Shown one piece after another: positions 55,967 through 64,000 of a stretch of 64,000 bases of DNA. The stretch's first letter is position 1; every line of letters starts with the position of its first letter. This DNA comes from a phage. The stretch lies in the sequence record PZ347775.1; one strand, given 5' to 3'. The position numbers were made by a program, and so were the translations under genes. A model generated the notes under the pieces. That model did not search any database and had not been told where the DNA came from. It saw nothing but the letters and a program-made list of their open reading frames with translations.

Positions 55967-57735
55967 AAAAGCCACAAGAAATGCAAACGATGCGTAGAAA
56001 AGTTATTTCAGATAATAAACCAACACAGGAAGCGGCTAAATCCGCTTCTAACACTTTATCTGGACTTAACGATATATCTACGAAATTGGATGATGCTCAA
56101 GCTGCTTCTGAATTAATTGCTCAAACTGTCGAAGAAAAATCGAATGAAATAATTGGAGCAATTGACAACGTAGAAAGCGCAGTGAGTGATACTACTGCCG
56201 GTTCTGAGTTAATTGCTGAAACTGTCGAAATTGGCAATAATATTAATAAAGAAATCGGTGAATCACTCGGGAGCAAATTAGATAAATTAACAAGTTTACT
56301 AGAACAAAAAATTCAGACAGCTGGAATTCAACAGACGGGAACTAGTTTAGCTACGGTTGAAAGCGCTATTCCTGTTAAAGTTGTTGAGGATGATACAGCT
56401 GAATCTGTGGGTCCTTTATTACCGGCTCCTGAAGCAGTTAATAATGATCCTGATGCTGATTTTTTCCCTACCCCTCAGCCAGTTGAACCTAAACAAGAAT
56501 CGCCAGAAGAAAAACAGAAAAAAGACGCATTTAACTTAAAATTATCTCAAGCTTTAGATAAATTAACGAAGACTGTTGATTTTGGATTTAAGAAATCTAT
56601 TTCAATTACTGATAAAATATCAAGCATGCTATTTAAGTATACCGTCAGTGCTGCTATTGAAGCTGCTAAAATGACTGCAATGATATTGGCTGTTGTTGTT
56701 GGAATAGATCTGCTGATGGTTCACTTTAAATATTGGTCAGATAAATTTTCGCAGGCTTGGGATTTGTTTAGTTCAAACTTTACTAAATTCTCTAGCGAAA
56801 CCGGAACATGGGGTCCTTTATTACAGAGCATCTTTAGTTCTATTGATGAAATTAAAAAATTCTGGGAAGAGGGAGATTGGGGCGGTTTGACGGTAGCTAT
56901 TGTAGAAGGGCTTGGAAAGGTTCTTTATAATTTAGGTGAACTTATTCAATTAGGTATGGCTAAATTATCTGCGGCAATTCTTCGAGTCATTCCTGGTATG
57001 AAGGATACTGCTGATGAAGTAGAAGGAAGAGCACTAGAAAATTTCCAAAATTCTACTGGAGCATCTCTCAATAAAGAAGACCAGGAAAAAGTTGCAAATT
57101 ATCAAGATAAACGAATGAACGGAGACCTTGGTCCGATAGCAAAAGGATTAGATAAAATTGCTAATTGGAAAACTCGTGCATCTAACTGGATTCGTGGCGT
57201 TGATAATAAAGAAGCACTAACTACCGACGAAGAACGCGCAGCAGAAGAAGAAAAATTAAAGCAACTTTCACCAGAAGAAAGAAAAAATGCTTTAATGAAG
57301 GCTAATGAAGCTCGGGCCGCGATGATTCGTTTTGAAAAATATGCTGATTCAGCTGATATGAGTAAAGACTCAACGGTTAAATCAGTTGAAGCTGCCTATG
57401 AAGACCTTAAAAAACGGATGGATGACCCGGATTTAAATAATTCACCGGCAGTTAAAAAAGAACTTGCTGCTAGATTTTCTAAAATTGATGCTACTTATCA
57501 AGAGCTCAAGAAAAATCAGCCTAATGCCAAACCTGAAACTTCTGCTAAATCGCCAGAAGCAAAACAAGTCCAGGTAATAGAAAAGAACAAAGCACAGCAA
57601 GCTCCTGTTCAACAAGCATCTCCTTCGATCAATAATACTAATAACGTTGTTAAGAAAAATACTGTCGTTCATAATATGACACCCGTAACGAGCACGACTG
57701 CTCCTGGTGTATTTGATGCGACTGGAGTTAATTAA
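55963..57735 (+). CDS. 29: baseplate hub / tail length determinator gp29
   Basis: 590 aa as in T4. Confidence 0.93.
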   Translation: MKKPQEMQTMRRKVISDNKPTQEAAKSASNTLSGLNDISTKLDDAQAASELIAQTVEEKSNEIIGAIDNVESAVSDTTAGSELIAETVEIGNNINKEIGESLGSKLDKLTSLLEQKIQTAGIQQTGTSLATVESAIPVKVVEDDTAESVGPLLPAPEAVNNDPDADFFPTPQPVEPKQESPEEKQKKDAFNLKLSQALDKLTKTVDFGFKKSISITDKISSMLFKYTVSAAIEAAKMTAMILAVVVGIDLLMVHFKYWSDKFSQAWDLFSSNFTKFSSETGTWGPLLQSIFSSIDEIKKFWEEGDWGGLTVAIVEGLGKVLYNLGELIQLGMAKLSAAILRVIPGMKDTADEVEGRALENFQNSTGASLNKEDQEKVANYQDKRMNGDLGPIAKGLDKIANWKTRASNWIRGVDNKEALTTDEERAAEEEKLKQLSPEERKNALMKANEARAAMIRFEKYADSADMSKDSTVKSVEAAYEDLKKRMDDPDLNNSPAVKKELAARFSKIDATYQELKKNQPNAKPETSAKSPEAKQVQVIEKNKAQQAPVQQASPSINNTNNVVKKNTVVHNMTPVTSTTAPGVFDATGVN

Positions 57736-57743
57736 GGAATAAT

Positions 57744-58838
57744 ATGGCAATTGTTAAAGAAATAACTGCTGATTTAATTAAAAAGTCCGGTGAGAAAATT
57801 TCAGCCGGACAGAGTACTAAATCAGAAGTAGCAACTAAAACATACACTGCCCAGTTTCCAACTGGGCGTGCTAGTGGTAATGACACTACAGGGGACTTCC
57901 AGGTAACAGATCTATATAAGAATGGATTATTATTTACTGCATACAATATGTCATCTAGGGATTCTGGAAGTCTTAGATCGATGAGATCTAACTACTCTTC
58001 TTCATCTTCGAGTATTTTAAGTACAGCTAGAAACACTATTAGTAGTACAGTATCAAAACTATCAAATGGATTAATATCAAACAATAATTCAGGAACAATA
58101 AGTAAAGCTCCTGTGGCAAATATTCTTTTACCGAGATCTAAATCTGATGTTGATACATCATCACATAGATTTAATGATGTTCAAGAAAGTCTTATCAGCA
58201 GAGGCGGAGGTACTGCTACTGGTGTGTTAAGTAATATTGCTTCAACTGCAGTATTTGGGGCACTGGAAAGTATAACACAAGGTATAATGGCTGATAATAA
58301 TGAACAGATTTATACGACAGCCAGAAGTATGTATGGTGGTGCTGAGAATAGAACTAAAGTGTTTACATGGGATTTGACTCCACGTTCAACAGAAGATTTG
58401 ATGGCTATTATTAATATCTATCAATATTTTAACTATTTTTCTTATGGTGAAACGGGCAAATCTCAATATGCTGCTGAAATAAAGGGGTATTTAGATGATT
58501 GGTATCGTTCTACATTAATTGAACCTTTATCTCCGGAAGACGCAGCTAAAAATAAAACACTATTTGAGAAAATGACATCGAGTTTAACTAACGTTCTAGT
58601 AGTTTCAAACCCGACAATTTGGATGGTGAAAAACTTTGGTGCAACATCTAAGTTTGATGGAAAAACGGAAATATTTGGCCCATGCCAAATACAGAGCATC
58701 AGATTTGATAAAACACCTAATGGTAACTTTAACGGATTAGCTATTGCTCCAAACCTCCCTAGTACATTTACTCTTGAGATTACTATGAGAGAAATTATCA
58801 CGTTAAACCGTGCTTCTTTATATGCGGGGACTTTTTAA
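57744..58838 (+). CDS. 48: baseplate-tail tube junction protein gp48
   Basis: 364 aa as in T4. Confidence 0.93.
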   Translation: MAIVKEITADLIKKSGEKISAGQSTKSEVATKTYTAQFPTGRASGNDTTGDFQVTDLYKNGLLFTAYNMSSRDSGSLRSMRSNYSSSSSSILSTARNTISSTVSKLSNGLISNNNSGTISKAPVANILLPRSKSDVDTSSHRFNDVQESLISRGGGTATGVLSNIASTAVFGALESITQGIMADNNEQIYTTARSMYGGAENRTKVFTWDLTPRSTEDLMAIINIYQYFNYFSYGETGKSQYAAEIKGYLDDWYRSTLIEPLSPEDAAKNKTLFEKMTSSLTNVLVVSNPTIWMVKNFGATSKFDGKTEIFGPCQIQSIRFDKTPNGNFNGLAIAPNLPSTFTLEITMREIITLNRASLYAGTF

Positions 58839-59803
58839 TGTATTCTTTAGAGGAATTTAATAATCAAGCAATAAACGCAGATTTCCAACGTAATAATATG
58901 TTTAGCTGCGTTTTTGCGACAACTCCATCAACTAAAAGCTCTTCGTTGATAAGTTCAATTAGCAACTTTTCTTATAATAACTTGGGTCTAAATTCAGATT
59001 GGTTAGGATTGACTCAAGGCGATATTAATCAGGGAATTACCACGCTAATTACTGCTGGCACACAAAAACTGATAAGAAAATCAGGGGTTAGTAAATATCT
59101 TATTGGTGCCATGAGTCAACGTACAGTTCAAAGTTTATTGGGCTCATTTACAGTTGGTACATATTTAATTGACTTCTTTAACATGGCATATAACTCATCT
59201 GGATTGATGATATATTCCGTAAAAATGCCAGAGAATAGATTATCCTATGAAACTGACTGGAACTATAATTCTCCTAATATTCGTATAACTGGGAGAGAAT
59301 TAGACCCTTTGGTTATTTCATTTAGGATGGATTCAGAAGCTTGTAACTATCGTGCAATGCAAGACTGGGTTAATGCTGTTCAAGACCCAGTAACTGGACT
59401 GCGTGCTTTGCCGCAAGATGTCGAGGCAGATATTCAGGTTAATCTTCATGCTCGTAATGGATTACCTCATACTGCGGTGATGTTCACCGGATGCATTCCA
59501 GTGTCAGTGAGTGCTCCTGAGTTATCATATGATGGAGATAACCAAATAACTACATTTGATGTTACTTTTGCGTATAGAGTCATGCAGGCTGGGTCAGTTG
59601 ATAGACAAGCTGCGCTTGAATGGCTTGAATCTGCTGCTATAAATGGCATTCAAAGCGTTCTCGGAAATAGTGGAGGTGTTACTGGATTATCTAATTCGCT
59701 TTCACGACTTAGTAGATTAGGAGGAACTGCGGGAAGCATTTCAAACATTAATACTATGACGGGAATTGTCAACTCGCAAAGTAAAATATTAGGAGCAATA
59801 TAA
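58838..59803 (+). CDS. 54: baseplate-tail tube initiator gp54
   Basis: 321 aa; order 29-48-54 as in T4. Confidence 0.93.
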   Translation: MYSLEEFNNQAINADFQRNNMFSCVFATTPSTKSSSLISSISNFSYNNLGLNSDWLGLTQGDINQGITTLITAGTQKLIRKSGVSKYLIGAMSQRTVQSLLGSFTVGTYLIDFFNMAYNSSGLMIYSVKMPENRLSYETDWNYNSPNIRITGRELDPLVISFRMDSEACNYRAMQDWVNAVQDPVTGLRALPQDVEADIQVNLHARNGLPHTAVMFTGCIPVSVSAPELSYDGDNQITTFDVTFAYRVMQAGSVDRQAALEWLESAAINGIQSVLGNSGGVTGLSNSLSRLSRLGGTAGSISNINTMTGIVNSQSKILGAI

Positions 59804-59807
59804 CAAT

Positions 59808-59837
59808 GGGGACCGAAAGGTCCCCATATTTTTATTT
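59808..59837. terminator. terminator hairpin between convergent gene 54 and alt-region genes
   Basis: GGGGACC-GAAA-GGTCCCC hairpin followed by ATATTTTTATTT. Confidence 0.6.
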
Positions 59838-60122
59838 ACGGAATGAAATAAAAGCAGCAACTGAAGCAACTAAACTGTCTTCAATATAAACTTCAATTTT
59901 TACTGGAGCTTCTGACTCAAATTTACCTGTTACTACACCTTGGAAAATACTTTCAGTCTGTTCTGGCTTTGAAAAATTTTCAGAAGGAAAAATTCCGAAC
60001 TTTTTATCTGTTCCAAAAATTTTGATAAATTCATCATAAACTGCTTCATTAAAAGCATTATCAGCAGGAATAACGCCTTCAACTACAAGTTCTTGACCTA
60101 AAAAGCGCAAAGAAGATTTCAT
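59832..60122 (-). CDS. hypothetical protein downstream of alt
   Basis: 96 aa ORF between alt and gene 54. Confidence 0.55.
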   Translation of the reverse strand: MKSSLRFLGQELVVEGVIPADNAFNEAVYDEFIKIFGTDKKFGIFPSENFSKPEQTESIFQGVVTGKFESEAPVKIEVYIEDSLVASVAAFISFRK

Positions 60123-60182
60123 TTTATGTTCCTCATGTTATGTCAGTAAAACTACTATAACACAACACGAGGGACTTGTAAA

Positions 60183-62240
60183 CTACATCTTGAACTTTTT
60201 AGACATTCCGTTGATGTTAACCAAAGAAGCCAAGATTTGAGAAACTTCGTTTTCCTCTTCTTTTGATTCTTCTACAAGGAATTGATTAAACCCAGCCATT
60301 GGACGAACTTCACCAGTTTCCATCAGATGATCGCCATCATATACCGATTCTTCTAATTGTTCAGAAGGAGGAACGATTGTGCCTTCGATTAGATACTTGT
60401 TATAAGCAGTTTCTTTCATCATGTACGTGCTTACTTTATTAATCTTCAACAAAATTCCACGCGGTAAAATAACTTCAGCTTCTGATGGAAATCCTGATAA
60501 ATGACCTGGAACGATAACTTTAATTCGCTCAGCTCCTTTTATTACCATACCTACGCTAGTTTCAGCATCTTCATTAGCATATGCAGAATGACTACCCATA
60601 TGCATTAAATCTTCAGCATCAACAGAACCTTCTCCTTCACCAGAAAATACTGCACTGGAATCATCTAGAGCCATATAGTTTTTACCATGCTCACCGAAGA
60701 TATTTGGTTTAAGCGATGTTGATACGAAGTTCTTGAAATAGAACATTTTATTTTCAATATTATGGCGTAAAGTTTTAAAGGTAACTTCTTGTCCACGATA
60801 AAGCGTAGTTCCTGGAGGAAGAACTGAACCTTTAGCGAATGCAGAATCCATTGTCTCGATGTGTTTAATAGCTCGTTCCATGTATTCTTCACGGGTAGAA
60901 TCTGGTTTACCCAAGAGGAACGAGTTCATTTCAACATATGAATCTGCACAATAATCTTCAATTACATCAGACTCAGCCTGAGTCAGTCCTTTTGGAGTTA
61001 CTTCGGTGCTTGCGTATTCATATGCCTGAGCAGCAGATTCATTAATCAATTTATAAATGCCATTCATGACAAATTGAATAATAGCTACTTTTTCGTCTGG
61101 CGTGGCTTTAGAACCTTTAACTAAATCATTGATAATTTTCTTAATAACATCAAAGCTATTAGAAATATTAATGTCAGCGAGATCGCTCAAAATTTTATCG
61201 GTTTTATAATCAAAAAATTCTTTATTCTTTAAATATTCTTGAGAACCTTGATGTGTTATATCGCTCTGCAGTCTGATAGACGGATCACGTAAACGTGCAT
61301 GGGCCAATGCAATATGATTTCGGAAGCTTTCTAGTTCATAATCGTTAGATTTAAAACGAGAAGCACTTCTCATACCACCGATAGCTCCTTTGCCGAAGTT
61401 TGAACCAATCTGAATAACACCAGAGTTCATTGGTCCTTCTGCTTTATATACCGGAACTTTAGATTCAAACTCTTGATATTTCTTGGCAGCGAAGCTATCG
61501 CCTTGAAGTGAAGCATCGACAGTAGAGTATTGAGCTTGTGCTGCTAATCGACGACTAATTTTAGTTTTCTGAATAACAGCTTGATCCGTGCGCTTATCAT
61601 TTTCTAAAGCAATAGAAGCGGCAACAGCAACAGCTTTAGGAACAGCATTACCTGTTTTAACGTCTACATAAACATCACCAACCTTTGATTCAACTTTTGT
61701 GAATAACTCAGTTGAAATAGGAGGTACACCTGGAATGTCTTCTAAATTGGCATTTTTACGGTAAACCATAATATATGCATACTTTTTATCATAATCCCAG
61801 ATTTCCTTTAAAAGAACATATCGACCTGCTCCTTTAGTACGTACTAAACGGTCAGCAATAACTTGCATTTGACGAGCTGCGCCATTTGTTTTACTTTTTA
61901 GTACGCGGAATAGGCATGCGTCAATTTTATACTGTTTCATTGTTTGAAGAGCAGTATCAAAAACCGCATTAATAACACCAATTGGATTTCCACCCAAGTT
62001 TTTAAGTTTAACTAATGATAATTTCTCATTAACACCTATCATTACGATATGCATCATTTTATCGCCTGGCTTAACGTTTTTATTTGTATCACCGCCAGAG
62101 GTGTATGTACAAAATCTAAATCCAGGAAGCACACTTTCTTCACCGGCTTGAATAGCAAAAATTTGAGGTATTTTATGCTTAGGATTTAAGTTAACAACCG
62201 GCGCCGAAGCGCCGTCAAATAATTCTGTAATAAGTTCCAT
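60183..62240 (-). CDS. alt: Alt-family mono-ADP-ribosyltransferase (likely alt)
   Basis: 685 aa (T4 Alt 682 aa); R-S-E ART motifs YRGQ, FVSTSL, EAEVILPRG. Confidence 0.8.
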   Translation of the reverse strand: MELITELFDGASAPVVNLNPKHKIPQIFAIQAGEESVLPGFRFCTYTSGGDTNKNVKPGDKMMHIVMIGVNEKLSLVKLKNLGGNPIGVINAVFDTALQTMKQYKIDACLFRVLKSKTNGAARQMQVIADRLVRTKGAGRYVLLKEIWDYDKKYAYIMVYRKNANLEDIPGVPPISTELFTKVESKVGDVYVDVKTGNAVPKAVAVAASIALENDKRTDQAVIQKTKISRRLAAQAQYSTVDASLQGDSFAAKKYQEFESKVPVYKAEGPMNSGVIQIGSNFGKGAIGGMRSASRFKSNDYELESFRNHIALAHARLRDPSIRLQSDITHQGSQEYLKNKEFFDYKTDKILSDLADINISNSFDVIKKIINDLVKGSKATPDEKVAIIQFVMNGIYKLINESAAQAYEYASTEVTPKGLTQAESDVIEDYCADSYVEMNSFLLGKPDSTREEYMERAIKHIETMDSAFAKGSVLPPGTTLYRGQEVTFKTLRHNIENKMFYFKNFVSTSLKPNIFGEHGKNYMALDDSSAVFSGEGEGSVDAEDLMHMGSHSAYANEDAETSVGMVIKGAERIKVIVPGHLSGFPSEAEVILPRGILLKINKVSTYMMKETAYNKYLIEGTIVPPSEQLEESVYDGDHLMETGEVRPMAGFNQFLVEESKEEENEVSQILASLVNINGMSKKFKM

Positions 62241-62243
62241 GAT

Positions 62244-64000
62244 TTATCCTTGAACGAACTTGTAAGGCATGTTTGTAATATCTATGCAAGACGCAATAAT
62301 TCCAAGAGATGATTCTACTTTTTGTTTAACATTTGATGAAACAAATGATGCAAAGTCAACTCTGTCTTCTATTTCAATATCACCTGTCATTGCAACTACT
62401 TCACCAGTTTCCATTAGACGGTCACCGTCATAAATGACTGATTCGGTGAGTTCTTCCGTAGTCATAACTTCAGCTTGAATGAGTTTTGTATTATTAGATG
62501 TTGTTCCGTCGTTATTAGAAGCATCAGTTATTTTATTAACTTTGACCATCAATCCGCGTGGTAGAATAACTTCAGCTTCTGTTGCTATTCCGAGACTTCC
62601 TGGATATACAACATTAACTTTATGAGCTCCATCAATTGCCCATCCTATTTGAACTTTAACGTATTCAGGATTTTCTTTATACGCTCTTATTTCGTTTGGA
62701 TTAATAGTTATTCCTTCTTCATTTTTATCAACTGTTAATTCATTACGAGCTTCTGGTTCTAAAAGACCAATACCAGCATGTGTAATTCCAAAACGTCCAA
62801 AAATGATAGGAGTTAAAGAAGTAGATACAAAATTTCTGAAATAGAACACTTTATTTTTAACTAGTGCTTCGTATATAGGAGCAGTCATACTTTGTGCACG
62901 ATAAACTGTAATGCCTTCCGGTATACGGTCACCATTTTCAAAAGCTGAATCTAAGTTATTTATAGCAGATTCAATTTCTTTTTCACTCATTACATCATAT
63001 CGTTCTGGATTGTAGCGTCCTAAAAGAAGATTATTGATGTCAGTATATCCTGAACCACAATACTCTCTAATGCCGCGCTTTTGTGATGGAGTATATTTAG
63101 AACCATCACGGGCAATAGTAATATCAATCATTGGACCTGCACCAATTCCAGAAAAGCTATAAATCATTCGTTTGAGGAATTTAGTTTTTGCTGCGTTCCA
63201 GGAATTTTTAGTTATTTCTTCCCAGACTTCATCTGGCTGTCCTTTACGGGTTTTATTATGTTTATCAAGCCAAGTATCTTTATATTCTTCAAAGAATTTA
63301 TTAATAGCTGCTGCATACTTCTCTAAACATTTTATTGAAGTAGTTGGTTCATTTTTGATCGCATTAAGAATTACATCTTTAATTTTTTCAGAAACTTCAT
63401 TAACCTCACTTTTTGAAAAGAATTTATAATCATAGTGAAGTTCATCTGCAGTTCCTTCGGCAATAATTTTTGCTGCCTTAGTTTTAGAAGCCAATGAATT
63501 AATTCCAAGTTTCATTTCTTCTGCTTCGGGAATTAAAGGAGCGGTAGCAGGTTTATTGAAATTAGCTGCGGTAGATTCATACTTCTGGAATAATTCACTT
63601 TCAAATCTAGAAGATTCCAATGACTGACTTTGTGCAATTGCTCTACGGGAAATTTTAACTTTAACGATTACAGCTTGGTCAGAACGTTTATCATTTTCTT
63701 GCGCAATAGATGCAGCAATTGCCTCATTTTTAGTTACTTGAGCTCCAGTATCTTTATTGATATAAACATCACCGACCTTCGATTCAACTTTAGTAAAGAG
63801 CTCGGTGCTAATTTCCGGAACTCCTGGAATGTCTTCTAGTGATACATTTTTGCGATGTATAAGAATATATGCATACTTTTTATCGTAATCCCAGAGTTCC
63901 TTAAGAAGGACGTATCTGCCACCCGAACGACTACGGATAAGTCTATCAGCAATAACTTGAATTTGTCGAGCTTGACCAGCAGTTTTAGACTTAAGAATAC
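62244..64000 (-). CDS. second Alt-family ADP-ribosyltransferase paralogue, N-terminus beyond window
   Basis: frame open from 62244 to window end with no stop; ORF-track start at 63620 is an internal TTG; ART motifs YRAQ, FVSTSL, EAEVILPRG; 63630-64000 aligns to alt 61560-61930. Confidence 0.75.
   Translation of the reverse strand, partial: ILKSKTAGQARQIQVIADRLIRSRSGGRYVLLKELWDYDKKYAYILIHRKNVSLEDIPGVPEISTELFTKVESKVGDVYINKDTGAQVTKNEAIAASIAQENDKRSDQAVIVKVKISRRAIAQSQSLESSRFESELFQKYESTAANFNKPATAPLIPEAEEMKLGINSLASKTKAAKIIAEGTADELHYDYKFFSKSEVNEVSEKIKDVILNAIKNEPTTSIKCLEKYAAAINKFFEEYKDTWLDKHNKTRKGQPDEVWEEITKNSWNAAKTKFLKRMIYSFSGIGAGPMIDITIARDGSKYTPSQKRGIREYCGSGYTDINNLLLGRYNPERYDVMSEKEIESAINNLDSAFENGDRIPEGITVYRAQSMTAPIYEALVKNKVFYFRNFVSTSLTPIIFGRFGITHAGIGLLEPEARNELTVDKNEEGITINPNEIRAYKENPEYVKVQIGWAIDGAHKVNVVYPGSLGIATEAEVILPRGLMVKVNKITDASNNDGTTSNNTKLIQAEVMTTEELTESVIYDGDRLMETGEVVAMTGDIEIEDRVDFASFVSSNVKQKVESSLGIIASCIDITNMPYKFVQG

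Noticed and set aside
62244-63620. Treating the ORF-track coordinates 62244-63620 as a complete 458-aa gene
   Set aside because: The listed start is a TTG inside a frame that stays open to the window edge and keeps aligning with the N-terminal part of alt; the gene is longer and truncated by the window.

Overview
This 64-kb window is a contiguous segment of a T-even (T4-like) myovirus genome, read from the sequence and the ORF track without any database search; gene names rest on recalled T4 protein sequences, lengths and gene order. The closest anchor is lysozyme e, which matches the T4 sequence as I recall it at all but about two residues. Positions 1-16,300 are an early/accessory region on the minus strand: a vs.1/regB/vs.x cluster, a P-loop gene where T4 carries denV, internal-protein genes, lysozyme e, nudE, small membrane and hypothetical ORFs, an 11-gene tRNA array, the ipI locus, 57B/acb1, 57A and genes 1, 3, 2, 4. 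From 16,300 onward is the late morphogenesis block (53, 5, 5.1, 5.4, 6-12, wac, 13-24), then rnlB, hoc, inh, uvsW/uvsW.1, uvsY, 25, 26, 51, 27, 28, 29, 48, 54 and two tandem Alt-family ADP-ribosyltransferase genes, the second running off the window end. No CRISPR array, intron or homing-endonuclease gene was seen. I did not find a clearly new multi-gene system; the most interesting material is in the accessory islands: three tRNAs beyond the canonical T4 set, five genes with a capsid-targeting leader, repeated early-promoter/stem-loop cassettes, apparent absence of denV, candidate anti-CBASS genes, a cluster of duplicated small membrane-protein genes, and the alt duplication.
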